In this document: positions 8,748-18,973 of the stretch, piece after piece | Layout: each line of letters starts with the position of its first letter | Numbering within the stretch: the stretch's first letter is position 1 | Origin: an uncultured Algimonas sp. | GTDB lineage: Bacteria; Pseudomonadota; Alphaproteobacteria; Caulobacterales; Maricaulaceae | NCBI GenBank assembly: GCA_964352635.1 | Contig: CAYGSV010000001.1 | Location: forward strand, 1 to 49,883 | Direction of reading: 5' to 3' | DNA: 49,883 bases | Program-made: the position numbers and the translations under genes | The notes under the pieces: model-generated | Seen by the model: only the letters and a program-made list of their open reading frames with translations | Databases searched by the model: none | What the model was told of the DNA's origin: nothing

Positions 8748-9500
8748 TTAAAACGGTAAAAGAGTTTGAATGACTTTATTGCCAATACGAGGCTTAACGG
8801 CGTCGGTGACTTGCCCTTTGCCGCCATAATATATTTTCGCGTCCGCAATTTTGTCATAAGTAATGACGTTTTGTCGCGAGATGTCTTGCGTACGGATAAG
8901 ACCGCTAACCTGCAAATGGCGTATTTCATTATTGACCATAATCTTTTGCTGGCCAGAGAGTTGTAAGTATCCATTCGGCAAAACATCAATGACTTGAACC
9001 GCAAGACGTAGTGTTATTTTTTCGCCGCGACGAATAGTACCATCGCCCGCGATATTACGGGTTCGATTAATGTCAACGGCAGGCGATGTTGATGCGCCAG
9101 CAGGAAGAATACCATTTAACTTTTCAGGTAACCCGAAAAAAGCATTCATACCAAAGTTTTCGCTGTTTTGACGGTCTTGAGTCACAGAGTTATTAATCTC
9201 GGCCTCATCATCTATTTCAACCAGTACAGTTAAAATGTCACCCGCATGACTCGCACGACGATCCCCGAAAAGTGACTTCGGACTGCTTGACCAGAGCGAA
9301 GTTTCCCGCGCGTTTAGCTTACCGTCTGTCCGGTCAACAAGCGGCACGCTCTGACGAATTCCATTCTGGGCGTAGCTTACGCTCGGTTTTATAGCATTGA
9401 ACTCTTCTGCATTGGGCATACCACCTGTCGTCTTACATCCCGTGAGAATAAGAGAAGAAAAGGCAAGCAACCCAAGTGATTTAATTAAAGTGTTTCTCAT
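8748..9500 (-). CDS. flgH: L-ring lipoprotein FlgH
   Basis: Lipobox LTGC, LFGDRRA..GDILTV, VIDVLPNG, KIADAKIYYGG. Confidence 0.95.
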   Translation of the reverse strand: MRNTLIKSLGLLAFSSLILTGCKTTGGMPNAEEFNAIKPSVSYAQNGIRQSVPLVDRTDGKLNARETSLWSSSPKSLFGDRRASHAGDILTVLVEIDDEAEINNSVTQDRQNSENFGMNAFFGLPEKLNGILPAGASTSPAVDINRTRNIAGDGTIRRGEKITLRLAVQVIDVLPNGYLQLSGQQKIMVNNEIRHLQVSGLIRTQDISRQNVITYDKIADAKIYYGGKGQVTDAVKPRIGNKVIQTLLPF

Positions 9501-9931
9501 GGCATCATCTCCACTATGCCTTGGCCTGTCACGCGACCTTCGACGGACTGACGGGATTCCATATTCATGACGGGAATTATGTCCCCTTCGCGACCTTGGG
9601 CCATAGCCCGACCTGTGGCTGTGATTTCCAAACGACCGATTTTGTAAATCATTTTGACGCGACTATTACGGCGGACTTGAATAGGCGCGGCGATATCGCG
9701 ATCGCGAATAGTAGTTCCCGTAGCAATCGTCCTTATGACTGCCATGCCAACATATTTATCTTTCAGGTCTTCATATTCCTGCGCGTCATCGGTCTTAATC
9801 TCAATATCTGAAACCGAAATTTGCGTGCCCCGTTTCAGTGTCGTGTTCGCGACAACACTGCTTGCCAAAGCTGTCTGCGAAAATAGAAAGGCAACCGAAG
9901 TCAATCCTGTGATTAAAGTAACCCGTTTCAT
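9497..9931 (-). CDS. flgA: P-ring assembly chaperone FlgA
   Basis: Signal peptide, SAF-like domain, GRAMAQGREGDIIPVMN; start moved to ATG 9931. Confidence 0.88.
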   Translation of the reverse strand: MKRVTLITGLTSVAFLFSQTALASSVVANTTLKRGTQISVSDIEIKTDDAQEYEDLKDKYVGMAVIRTIATGTTIRDRDIAAPIQVRRNSRVKMIYKIGRLEITATGRAMAQGREGDIIPVMNMESRQSVEGRVTGQGIVEMMP

Positions 9932-9932
9932 C

Positions 9933-10718
9933 TTATCGGATCCGTGTTGTTGCAGCATACATTTCGTCAGCCGCTGAAATAATTTTCGAATTTAATTCAT
10001 ACCCACGTTGCGCTTCGATAAGTTCTGAAATCTCATTGACAACATCAACACCAGATTCTTCTAAAAATCCCTGCCGCATGACACCAACACCTTCAGTGCC
10101 TGGGTCAGACACAATCGGGTTTCCCGAAGCGGCTGTTTCTCTAAACAAATTTCCGCCCATCGCTTCTAAGCCTTTGGTGTTCGAAAAAACCGTCATCGAG
10201 ATTACACCGATTTGTTGGCCTTCTGGCGCGTTATCGAAGAATGCTGTGACTTCGCCGTCTAAACTGATTGAAACCTGACGGGCATCATTAGGGATCGTGA
10301 TATTATCTGCGAGCGCATAGCCATCTGAGTTTACGACTAAACCTTCAGAGTCGCGATAAAATTTACCGTCGCGCGTATAAGCAGCTTCTCCACTTGGCAG
10401 AGTAATCTCAAAAAATCCACGGCCTTCAATGGCGAGGTCAAGATCACCACCCGTTGCGCTTAGAGCGCCTTGAACAACTTCAATTGAGACTGTCGAAGGA
10501 CGTACACCCATACCAAGCTGAATACCTGCAGGTACAATTGTTCCTGTTTGAGAGGTCACAGAGCCTGGCGTTAAGTGCTGTTGATAGAGCAAGTCTGCGA
10601 ATTCGGCGACGCGCGGTTGATAAGCGGTCGTGCTCATATTGGCGATATTGTTAGAAATAACGTCCACCCGTGTTTGCTGGGCGGCCATACCTGTTGCGGC
10701 GATTTTAAGAGCGTTCAT
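9933..10718 (-). CDS. flgG: Distal rod protein FlgG
   Basis: ISNNIANMST, FADLLYQ, AYTRDG, LIEAQRGYELNSK. Confidence 0.96.
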   Translation of the reverse strand: MNALKIAATGMAAQQTRVDVISNNIANMSTTAYQPRVAEFADLLYQQHLTPGSVTSQTGTIVPAGIQLGMGVRPSTVSIEVVQGALSATGGDLDLAIEGRGFFEITLPSGEAAYTRDGKFYRDSEGLVVNSDGYALADNITIPNDARQVSISLDGEVTAFFDNAPEGQQIGVISMTVFSNTKGLEAMGGNLFRETAASGNPIVSDPGTEGVGVMRQGFLEESGVDVVNEISELIEAQRGYELNSKIISAADEMYAATTRIR

Positions 10719-10753
10719 CCTGAACTTCCTCCGTTTGGTTTATGGTCTATCGA

Positions 10754-11491
10754 CTATGAAATTTGCCTAATGGTCGTAATGACTTGCTTGATGCGGCTAT
10801 CTTCCATTTCGAGTATTTTTTGTCCTGCATCGTAAAAGCGCTGAACTTCGATCATGCGAGCAATTTCGGATACGGGTTCGACATTACTGTCTTCCAGAAA
10901 ACCTTGCAGAACTTTCGCCTCTTCAAGAGGTTCAAAGCCGTTTTCTGCAATCCAATTATTATTGCCTTGGCGGGACAATGTCGTGGGGTCAGCCGTAACA
11001 ACACCAATGCGGCCTAGTTCAGCGCCATTCGCGCTTATTGTCCCATCATTAGCTATAGAAACTTCACCCGCTTCAATGGGGATTTGTATCTCGCCCTCGG
11101 CCGCATCTAATACAGCATTTCCATCGACGGTAATTAGTCGTCCAGTTTCATCCGTCATGAAATTACCCGCGCGCGTTAATTGCGTTTGTCCATCGACATC
11201 GACGAGGAAAAAACCATCGCCTTCAACGGCCATATCTAAAGAGCCGCCGGTCATACGCATACTGCCCGTATCAAAATTACTCGCATGTGCTGCTAAACGC
11301 CCCATTGAAAGACTATGTCTGGGAGAAGTCGCCTCACCAGTCGCACCCGCAGCAGCGATGAATTCGGAAAAAACAGCGCCTTCGCGTTTATATCCAACCG
11401 TATCAGCATTCGCCATATTATTGGCAATCGTGCTAAGTTCTTTCATCAATCCAGATTGACGAGACAAAGAGATATAATTCGCATTATCCAT
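10754..11491 (-). CDS. flgF: Proximal rod protein FlgF
   Basis: IANNMANADTVGYK, LTRAGNF, LEDSNV; upstream of flgG. Confidence 0.92.
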   Translation of the reverse strand: MDNANYISLSRQSGLMKELSTIANNMANADTVGYKREGAVFSEFIAAAGATGEATSPRHSLSMGRLAAHASNFDTGSMRMTGGSLDMAVEGDGFFLVDVDGQTQLTRAGNFMTDETGRLITVDGNAVLDAAEGEIQIPIEAGEVSIANDGTISANGAELGRIGVVTADPTTLSRQGNNNWIAENGFEPLEEAKVLQGFLEDSNVEPVSEIARMIEVQRFYDAGQKILEMEDSRIKQVITTIRQIS

Positions 11492-13262
11492 TTTTCAGAT
11501 AGTCCTGCGTTTTTTGAAGGGTGGTTTCGATATCACTGAGTTTTGCCGGGAGTTTTTTAATCCACTGCAGATCGGTAAGAGTAACCGGAGCAGGTGTGTC
11601 TGCTGTTAGGACATCAATAATCGTTTCATTGCTCTTGGTTGTGTCCGCCCATCGACCTTCTATCCATGCAATATTTTGGATAATTTCTGCGCGCTCTTCA
11701 CCTTCTGATAGCTTAGCCGCCATTGAACGGGCTAGGTTCACATCATTATTACCCAGTGCTTGATGTGCAGTTTGCTTCGCGTTCTGGTTGGACAAGCTGA
11801 CACTGCGAACACGCTCTACCATACCCTCTTGATTGCCTGCTTTTAAATTTGAGAAAAACTCAGCCTGCTCAAGTAGCGGCTTCGCGGCTTCAGATATATT
11901 GTCTTTTGATAGAAAGATTTGTTCATGCAGCTCTGGCAAGCCTGCTAATAGAGCGGCGCTCAAAGCATTGGTTTTTAGACTATCCGTGTCCCCCGCCTCT
12001 TCGTAGAACTTTGTATCGAAGAGATAGTCGTTTAGACCTGTAATTCGTTTGAGATTATTTTCACTCTGTAAACGCGATTGAACAAGGTCGGTAATCTGTA
12101 AAACGCTTTGACGAAATTCCGCATCAGACGGATTAAAATATTTCCTAGTAGCGACAACAGCATCAATTGCACGCCCTACATGGATACGATTTTTTACAAG
12201 TTCGAACGCGGCTAATTGGCTCTCGGAACCGCTAGAGAAATTTTGACTAACTTCGACTAAGTCATCCTCAAGGCTTGTGTTAATTTTAGCCGTTGAAGAC
12301 CGGTTCTCTTTAGAAAGTTGCGTCAAAGCGGTGAGGCGAAATTCGCCCTCTCGTTCTGATAAATAATTTAAAACGGAGATATAAAAATCTGGATCGCTAT
12401 CCTTGTTTAACAAACCATTGAGATACAGATAGTCATGCTTTTCTGTCTTCTCATCTGGTAGACGGGCCCCATTTTCTCTTGCCTCTGTATCCAGCTTTTC
12501 CCACAAAGCGCGCGCTAAATTAACGTCCCCATTTTCAGCCGCTTTTATCCCTAAATTTACTGAAAGACTTTCTCGTAGAAACTTTGGGAATTCCGAAATG
12601 CTGTTTACAATTTCACGTCTTTGTGATCCTGTAACGGACTCTTGTAATCGCTCTGGATTCTCTATCATCGCCCATATTTTAATATGCGAGTTACAATGCG
12701 CGTAACTGTCAATTATAGGCGTCTCTACATCGTAATGCGACTTGTTTAATAACCCAGCCGCACGTGTTAATAAGTCAACTTCAACACCTTCGTAGGATGA
12801 AAGATTTGCATTCGCCTCTGTGTTTAAACCCAAGCTGAGTTGAACGCGTGCTAAATGCAACGCACCATAAACATCATTCATTTCGTCTTTCACAGATTTT
12901 GCAAGGGTCAAATCTTCGTAAAGCTCAATAGGTTGTAACGCTTTGAACTTCAAAATTTCGGCGATGTCACAGTTAATTGTTTTTGCAGGACTCTGCGATA
13001 AGGGAGTTTCAGCTACAGTCGTCTTTTTTGCCTGAACAAGCCCTTGTTTTTTTGCATCTGCCAGTATTTTTGATAGTGATTCAGCTGCATCTGAAAGACC
13101 ATTTTCATTTACAATATTTGGAGTTTCTTCTGCGGGCTGCGCCGTAACAGTGATTGGGAAAAAGCAACTCGACGCTAAAAAGGCTAATCGTAAGGTTAGC
13201 TTCGCCGTCACAGGGCGCATAAAGCCCATCTTAAACTTTGAGTGACTACAGCTTATGCTCAT
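11484..13262 (-). CDS. Exported all-helical hypothetical flagellar-cluster protein (592 aa)
   Basis: Long ORF overlapping the motA stop and the flgF start; signal-peptide-like segment LRLAFLASSCFFPITVTA; true start may be 13220. Confidence 0.7.
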   Translation of the reverse strand: MSISCSHSKFKMGFMRPVTAKLTLRLAFLASSCFFPITVTAQPAEETPNIVNENGLSDAAESLSKILADAKKQGLVQAKKTTVAETPLSQSPAKTINCDIAEILKFKALQPIELYEDLTLAKSVKDEMNDVYGALHLARVQLSLGLNTEANANLSSYEGVEVDLLTRAAGLLNKSHYDVETPIIDSYAHCNSHIKIWAMIENPERLQESVTGSQRREIVNSISEFPKFLRESLSVNLGIKAAENGDVNLARALWEKLDTEARENGARLPDEKTEKHDYLYLNGLLNKDSDPDFYISVLNYLSEREGEFRLTALTQLSKENRSSTAKINTSLEDDLVEVSQNFSSGSESQLAAFELVKNRIHVGRAIDAVVATRKYFNPSDAEFRQSVLQITDLVQSRLQSENNLKRITGLNDYLFDTKFYEEAGDTDSLKTNALSAALLAGLPELHEQIFLSKDNISEAAKPLLEQAEFFSNLKAGNQEGMVERVRSVSLSNQNAKQTAHQALGNNDVNLARSMAAKLSEGEERAEIIQNIAWIEGRWADTTKSNETIIDVLTADTPAPVTLTDLQWIKKLPAKLSDIETTLQKTQDYLKNG

Positions 13263-14128
13263 GCAGCAACACTCTTTAAATCTTTGAGAGCCTGCTCCAT
13301 ATCCGCAAAGCTTGGTCGTTGATGATCTGGTGCGCTACGACGGGCGACTTCGATACAAATTTGCGTTTCATTCTTGTGCAGGCTTGAGACCAAAACTTCA
13401 CGAATAAGGGCATAGAAATAATGTTCCTGTTCGCGGGTGGCTTTGACTTTACTCGCCATAGGACCAACAAAACCGTAGGCGAGGAAAACACCGAGGAAGG
13501 TTCCGACCAAAGCACCCCCAATCATGCCGCCCAAAATCTCTGGTGGTTTGTCGATAGAGGCCATTGTTTTAATCACGCCCAAAACGGCGGCGACAATACC
13601 AAGAGCAGGTAAAGCATCCGCAATATTCTGTAGGGCATGAGAACCGTGAAGGGACTCTTCTTTCATACTATCAAGTTGCTTATCCAACAATTCTTCGACC
13701 TGATAGACATCGTCAAAGTTCATCAACATAGAGCGGATGGTGTCGCATATCAGCTCAACGAAGTGACCTGACTCAAGAATACGTGGATATTTTTGAAAAA
13801 GAGAAGATTCAGCAGGGTTTTCAATATGCGCTTCAACCTCGACAGGGCTCTCGCGAGAAATACGGACCAATTCGTGCATCAAACAAAGGAGATCTGTGTA
13901 ATCTTCTTTCTTCCACTTTGGCCCTTTAAAGCAGGCGACAATATCTTTGCCGGTGCTTTTGATGGTGTGCATGTCGTTACCGCATACGAAAGCACCCAAG
14001 GCAGCCCCAACAATCATCAAGGATTCATAAGGAAGCGAATGAAGAATAATATCCATCTTACCGCCGGCCCAAAGGTAGCCGCCAAAGACGCAAACAATCG
14101 TGATAACAATGCCGAGTATGGAGTTCAT
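13259..14128 (-). CDS. motA: Stator protein MotA
   Basis: ADALPALGIVAAVLG, GGALVGTFLGVFLAYGFVGP. Confidence 0.96.
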   Translation of the reverse strand: MNSILGIVITIVCVFGGYLWAGGKMDIILHSLPYESLMIVGAALGAFVCGNDMHTIKSTGKDIVACFKGPKWKKEDYTDLLCLMHELVRISRESPVEVEAHIENPAESSLFQKYPRILESGHFVELICDTIRSMLMNFDDVYQVEELLDKQLDSMKEESLHGSHALQNIADALPALGIVAAVLGVIKTMASIDKPPEILGGMIGGALVGTFLGVFLAYGFVGPMASKVKATREQEHYFYALIREVLVSSLHKNETQICIEVARRSAPDHQRPSFADMEQALKDLKSVAA

Positions 14129-14150
14129 GAAACCCCGATAATCACCAGAT

Positions 14151-14166
14151 GTTACTTATTCTTTAA
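14151..14166 (-). promoter_or_regulatory. CtrA-box-like site upstream of motA
   Basis: Minus strand TTAA-AGAATAA-GTAAC, one mismatch. Confidence 0.5.
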
Positions 14167-14170
14167 TTAT

Positions 14171-14185
14171 ACACTAATTTGGTGT
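14171..14185. promoter_or_regulatory. Palindromic site ACACY-N5-RGTGT, copy 1 (motA upstream)
   Basis: ACACT-AATTT-GGTGT. Confidence 0.65.
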
Positions 14186-14224
14186 TATGCATCTATAAAG
14201 CTTAAACTCTAACTACACAGTTGG

Positions 14225-15157
14225 CTAATCCAGCACTGATGCCAATCCCTTATCAATAAAATGAGGTGAGACGTCTTCGACAAGTTGAACGGCGCGGCGT
14301 GTTTTATGTATCCCTAATGCCGCTCTCGCAATAGAGACGCGTGTTTCTTTTAGTTCCGCCTCAACACTAAGGTCTTGCAAGGATACCCCAGGAAGCGGAA
14401 TAATTTGTCCAATCGAAAGACGCGTACAATCCGCTACAGTCATTTCACAATTTTCTAAAACGGCACGCAAAGACGTAACGCTCTTGTCAATATGGCGGGT
14501 TAGGGCTTCAGCCGTTTCATCAAAATCAAGTGTTTCAGATACGACATCAATTTGGGGGCCCTTTTTAATATGCGTTTGAAAATTATCTTCGGACATCAAA
14601 AGTGTAAATGATAAGGGCATACTCTCAGACTTTGGCCCGATACTCACTATGTAGTTTAGATCTAACTTAATCCAACTTTGATATTCATTGGTGAAAGGTA
14701 TATCGGAAAAATCGATATAGTCTTTGCGTTCAGCCAAGGTTGATGGATCAAAACAAGTCTTCGCCTTCGCCAAAAGGTCTTCTAATAACATGACATCAAA
14801 CTTTGAAATGGGATGTTTATCAAGTTTCTTAAAATCTGTAATCTCGCCTTGAAAACCAAAACGAGATATGAGGCCTGCTAGCTTAGTATCGAGTAGTATA
14901 AGATTTTGACTTTCACGGTCTGTCTCTCCCCATGTGGCATACAGCCCTGTCTTTGCGAAAGCCTTTGGGAGTGCTTTGTGTTCTAATTGCTTAACTGACA
15001 ATCCATCCGCTTTCCAATTCAGCGGCTCAATCAGCGCTTCAAATCCCTCAAGTATATCTTGCTGAAAGCCTTGCCAGCATAATTCCGCTTCATTCATATT
15101 CAGGGGTTTTGCTACAGCTGCGTTATCAATTTTCTTGCGTAAAACGCTCATGCTCAT
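14225..15157 (-). CDS. fliM: Divergent FliM-like switch protein (C-terminal FliM/N SpoA domain)
   Basis: C-terminal LRAVLE...LSIGQIIPL...LGIHKTRRAVQL; N-terminus SVLRKK lacks the LSQxEIDALL motif. Confidence 0.6.
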   Translation of the reverse strand: MSMSVLRKKIDNAAVAKPLNMNEAELCWQGFQQDILEGFEALIEPLNWKADGLSVKQLEHKALPKAFAKTGLYATWGETDRESQNLILLDTKLAGLISRFGFQGEITDFKKLDKHPISKFDVMLLEDLLAKAKTCFDPSTLAERKDYIDFSDIPFTNEYQSWIKLDLNYIVSIGPKSESMPLSFTLLMSEDNFQTHIKKGPQIDVVSETLDFDETAEALTRHIDKSVTSLRAVLENCEMTVADCTRLSIGQIIPLPGVSLQDLSVEAELKETRVSIARAALGIHKTRRAVQLVEDVSPHFIDKGLASVLD

Positions 15158-15177
15158 CTCATTGTACTATAAATTAC

Positions 15178-15192
15178 ACACCGATTAAGTGT
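15178..15192. promoter_or_regulatory. Palindromic site ACACY-N5-RGTGT, copy 2 (fliM/motB divergent region)
   Basis: ACACC-GATTA-AGTGT. Confidence 0.65.
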
Positions 15193-15217
15193 TTGCGTAT
15201 CGCATGACTTAAAACAT

Positions 15218-15233
15218 TTAAGTGTTCCTTAAC
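15218..15233 (+). promoter_or_regulatory. Perfect CtrA box
   Basis: TTAA-GTGTTCC-TTAAC in the fliM/motB intergenic region. Confidence 0.75.
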
Positions 15234-15303
15234 TGTGTTTCTTTTCTGAATACTCACCATTTTACGCAAGTATGTGGTGTATCAACAATTATGGACACCA
15301 GAA

Positions 15304-16089
15304 ATGAGCGACGCTGTTCGACCCATTATTATACGTAGAAAAAAAGTCTATGCGGCTGACGGGCATCATGGCGGTGCTTGGAAGGTGGCTTATGCTGACT
15401 TCGTGACAGCGATGATGGCCTTCTTTCTACTTATGTGGCTTTTGAACGCAACAACAGAAGAGCAACGCAAAGGGATTGCGGATTACTTTAATCCGAACAT
15501 TCCCCTCGCCGCAGTCTCAGGCGGTGGGGCTGATGCGCTTAAAGGAAGCTCGCTTTACACGCAAGATACGCTTGCTAAGGACGGCGCTGGGGCAGAAGGT
15601 GACAAAGACTTCGGCCAAGGCGAAGGCACTGATGAAGAATTGCAAGAAAAAATTGATATGATGAATGCAGCTTTGGCAACAGTTGATGAAAAGCTATCAG
15701 AGCACCTAATATTAAAAATGAGCCCAGAAGGTTTAGTTATAGAGCTTATTGATCAGGCTGACAGCGCGCTTTTTTCTATGGGAAGTGCTCAACCCTCTCC
15801 AATTCTACGTGAACTCACTCAAATCGTTGCGACATCATTTGAGACCGTTGCCAATGATATAAAAATTGTAGGCCACACAGACAATCATGCCTTTATCGGT
15901 AATGGTGATTATTCAAATTGGGACTTATCATCCGACCGTGCGAATACGGCGCGCCGTCTCTTGACCCAAATGGGTTTTCCATCGACGCAAATTTCAGAGG
16001 TTTCGGGGAAAGCGTCCACAGAGCCTTTATCAGACGATCCTTATTCCCCGCAGAACAGACGGATATCTATAACCATCCTTAACATGTAA
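15304..16089 (+). CDS. motB: Stator protein MotB
   Basis: HHGGAWKVAYADFVTAMMAFF, OmpA-like domain GHTD...NWDLSSDRA...NRRI; start moved to ATG 15304. Confidence 0.96.
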   Translation: MSDAVRPIIIRRKKVYAADGHHGGAWKVAYADFVTAMMAFFLLMWLLNATTEEQRKGIADYFNPNIPLAAVSGGGADALKGSSLYTQDTLAKDGAGAEGDKDFGQGEGTDEELQEKIDMMNAALATVDEKLSEHLILKMSPEGLVIELIDQADSALFSMGSAQPSPILRELTQIVATSFETVANDIKIVGHTDNHAFIGNGDYSNWDLSSDRANTARRLLTQMGFPSTQISEVSGKASTEPLSDDPYSPQNRRISITILNM

Positions 16090-16103
16090 CACTTATATAG
16101 TGT
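16089..16103. promoter_or_regulatory. Palindromic site ACACY-N5-RGTGT, copy 3 (flgE upstream)
   Basis: (A)ACACT-TATAT-AGTGT(T). Confidence 0.65.
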
Positions 16104-16178
16104 TTTTATAAATACACACTTTCTTAAGGAAGACTCGTTTATCCTTGTATTCATACATTAAATTCAAGGATTGAACTA

Positions 16179-17459
16179 ATGACTATATCCTCTTCCCTCA
16201 ATGCAGGGGTCATGGGCCTGAACGTAAATGCCACGCGATTGGCGACGATTTCAGATAATATCGCTAACTCCGCAACGGTTGGATACAAAAGAAGTGACGT
16301 TGATTTCTCCAGCATGGTGATCAACCAACGCCCAAGCACATATTCCGCAGGAGGTGTTCGCGCCACAGCCTATAAGGATGTCACAAGTACGGGCTCTCTC
16401 ATTTCAACAGGTCGCTCAACGGATATCGCCATTAACGGTAATGGCATGATTCCTGTCACCGACTTTACAGGTATTGATGCGCCAGCCGATGACCGCGCTT
16501 TCATGATGGTGCCTACCGGAGGGTTTGAGGCCGATGAAAACGGGTTCCTCCGCACAACAAGTGGCCTTTTCCTACTAGGATGGCCAACAGATTCAAATGG
16601 CGACGCAGGCGCGCCCAGCCGCACAAGCACAAATAGCCTTGTTCCCGTCAATACAAACATAGGTCAGTTTAGTGCGGAGCCAACGCAGAATATTTCGCTT
16701 GGCGTGAACCTACCTGCAACAGGTGTCAGCCCTACAGACCCTTATATCCTTCCGCTAGATTACTTTGACTCACTCGGTCTGACACAATCTTTAACGATGA
16801 CATTCACACCCACAGGCACGGCAAACGAATGGTCAATTGATGTTGTCGATGAAGCGGGTGACCCGACAACACCTATCGCTTCATTCACAGTTGCCTTTAA
16901 CGGAACAACGAATGGCGGCTCTCTCGCGAGCATCACGCCAGGCGCAGGTGCAGCCTATGACCCCGTCACAGGCGAAATGGAGTTCAATGTCGCATCAGGG
17001 ACAATTAATGCGTTTATTGGTCGCCCTAACGAAACGACTGGATTCTCACAACTGGGTTCAGATTTCTCTCCCTATAGTATCACAAAAGACGGCTCACCTG
17101 TCGGTGACCTGCAAAGCATTGAAATCAACCAAGAGGGTTATCTCGAAGCGATTTACAATACAGGTTTCCGCCGCACACTTTATCAAATTCCGGTAGCCGA
17201 AGTGCCAAATGCAAACGGCCTAACAGCCAGAGATAGTCAAGCCTATTCGATTTCTAACCGCAGTGGTGATGTTTATCTTTGGGACGCAGGTGATGGCCCA
17301 ACAGGAGGGTATTCAGGTTATGCCTTGATGGAGTCGAACACAGATATCGCGTCTGAATTGACGAGTTTGATTGAAACGCAACGTGCTTATTCTTCTAATG
17401 CCAAAATCATCCAAACGGTTGATGAGATGTTGCAAGAAACCACTAACATCAAACGATAA
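16179..17459 (+). CDS. flgE: Hook protein FlgE
   Basis: ISDNIANSATVGYK; LIETQRAYSSNAKIIQTVDEML. Confidence 0.96.
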   Translation: MTISSSLNAGVMGLNVNATRLATISDNIANSATVGYKRSDVDFSSMVINQRPSTYSAGGVRATAYKDVTSTGSLISTGRSTDIAINGNGMIPVTDFTGIDAPADDRAFMMVPTGGFEADENGFLRTTSGLFLLGWPTDSNGDAGAPSRTSTNSLVPVNTNIGQFSAEPTQNISLGVNLPATGVSPTDPYILPLDYFDSLGLTQSLTMTFTPTGTANEWSIDVVDEAGDPTTPIASFTVAFNGTTNGGSLASITPGAGAAYDPVTGEMEFNVASGTINAFIGRPNETTGFSQLGSDFSPYSITKDGSPVGDLQSIEINQEGYLEAIYNTGFRRTLYQIPVAEVPNANGLTARDSQAYSISNRSGDVYLWDAGDGPTGGYSGYALMESNTDIASELTSLIETQRAYSSNAKIIQTVDEMLQETTNIKR

Positions 17460-17495
17460 CCCTTTGACCGCTGATTAAAGCTCTAGGTAAACTTT

Positions 17496-18965
17496 ATGTC
17501 CCTCACCCGCGCACTCTCTAATGCTAACTCTGGTCTCGCGACCACTAGCTTGCGCGCGGATGTGGCCGCTAACAACATTTCTAATGCGTCTACTCCAGGC
17601 TATGTCCGTCGTGAGGTTGTGTCTCAAGAACGCGTCACGGATGGATCTGGCAATGGCGTCCGCGTGTCTTCTGTACAAAGGGCGCAAGACTTTGCGTTAT
17701 CACGTTTGCGTCGAGATGCAGACTCAGCGGCAGGCCGTACTGAAGTGTTGGCTAATGCTTACCAGACACTCAATACAGAAATCGGATTACCCGGTAGTGG
17801 CTACGGCCTTTTTGCTAGTATCGAAAATCTCGAAGCCAGTTTCAAAACACTTCAAGCAACACCAGAGTCTGCCGCTTTTCAAAGCGCGGTCGTCTCTGCG
17901 GCCAATGAAACAACCCAGCAATTTAATGCGCTCTCTCACATGTCACTCTCTATGCGCGAAACCGCCGATGCGAATATCGCGCGAAATGTTCAGGTCGTGA
18001 ATGATGCTCTTAAACGCATCCAATCCCTCAACGGCGAAATCAGCGGCTTGGATGAAGTATCAGGCAATACGGCAGCACTCGAGGATGAGCGTCAAGGGCT
18101 GATCGATACCATCGCCAATATTGTTCCGATAAAAGATATTCGTCGCGACAATAGCCAAGTTGATATTATAACAGAAAGTGGCGTGTACCTTTTATCGGGT
18201 ACGGTTCGCGAACTCTCTTTTACCCGCACACCCGTCATGACGGATGATATGCGCTATGGAGACGGTACAAGCCCGCTCTCAGGGTTTTTTGTTGGTGAAC
18301 AAGATATCACACCCGGTAGTTCTGGGCGTCACGCTCTGCAAACGGGTAGCCTAGCAGGTGAATTTGCCATTCGCGACCAAATTGCCACAGATTTTACGGA
18401 CTCTCTGGACAGCCTTGCGGCAGACCTCGTCTCTCGCTTTTCAGATGATAGCCTCGACCCGACTAAGACGCCTGGGGCTCAGGGCTTATTTACGGATAGC
18501 GCCCTTCTCGCAGACCCAACAGCGATTGCGGGTTCAGCTTCACGCTTATCTATCAATAATCTCGTTAACCCAAATGTAGGCGGAGAGGTGTTTCGCATCA
18601 GAGACGGCCTTCGCGCTGTGACGCCTGGTAATTCAGGCAATACAGAGATTATCTCGAATTTGCTTAACGCTATGACCACCTCTCAAACGGCGCCCGCTAA
18701 TTCCGGCTTGCAAGGCGAGTATAATGTTATTGGGGCTGCGGCGGGATTGACGTCTCTGATTGGCGAACAGTCTCTAAGGTTTGATTCAATTAATGCCAGT
18801 ACAATTGCACGTCGCGACATTTTAAACGACGCTGAAATTCAAACTTCTGCCGTTGATACGGATGCAGAGCTACAAACGCTTTTGGTCATTGAACAAGCCT
18901 ACGCCGCAAACGCTCGCGTTATTCAAACGGTTGGTGACATGATTGACAGACTTCTTTCGATATAG
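17496..18965 (+). CDS. flgK: Hook-associated protein FlgK
   Basis: ANNISNASTPGYVRR; EQAYAANARVIQT. Confidence 0.94.
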   Translation: MSLTRALSNANSGLATTSLRADVAANNISNASTPGYVRREVVSQERVTDGSGNGVRVSSVQRAQDFALSRLRRDADSAAGRTEVLANAYQTLNTEIGLPGSGYGLFASIENLEASFKTLQATPESAAFQSAVVSAANETTQQFNALSHMSLSMRETADANIARNVQVVNDALKRIQSLNGEISGLDEVSGNTAALEDERQGLIDTIANIVPIKDIRRDNSQVDIITESGVYLLSGTVRELSFTRTPVMTDDMRYGDGTSPLSGFFVGEQDITPGSSGRHALQTGSLAGEFAIRDQIATDFTDSLDSLAADLVSRFSDDSLDPTKTPGAQGLFTDSALLADPTAIAGSASRLSINNLVNPNVGGEVFRIRDGLRAVTPGNSGNTEIISNLLNAMTTSQTAPANSGLQGEYNVIGAAAGLTSLIGEQSLRFDSINASTIARRDILNDAEIQTSAVDTDAELQTLLVIEQAYAANARVIQTVGDMIDRLLSI

Positions 18966-18973
18966 GTGAGATA

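Noticed and set aside
8717-9004. Alternative-frame ORFs overlapping flgH (and 43268-43699 overlapping the OsmC gene) as frameshift or recoding signals
   Set aside because: Main genes are full length with intact termini; no slippery site noticed
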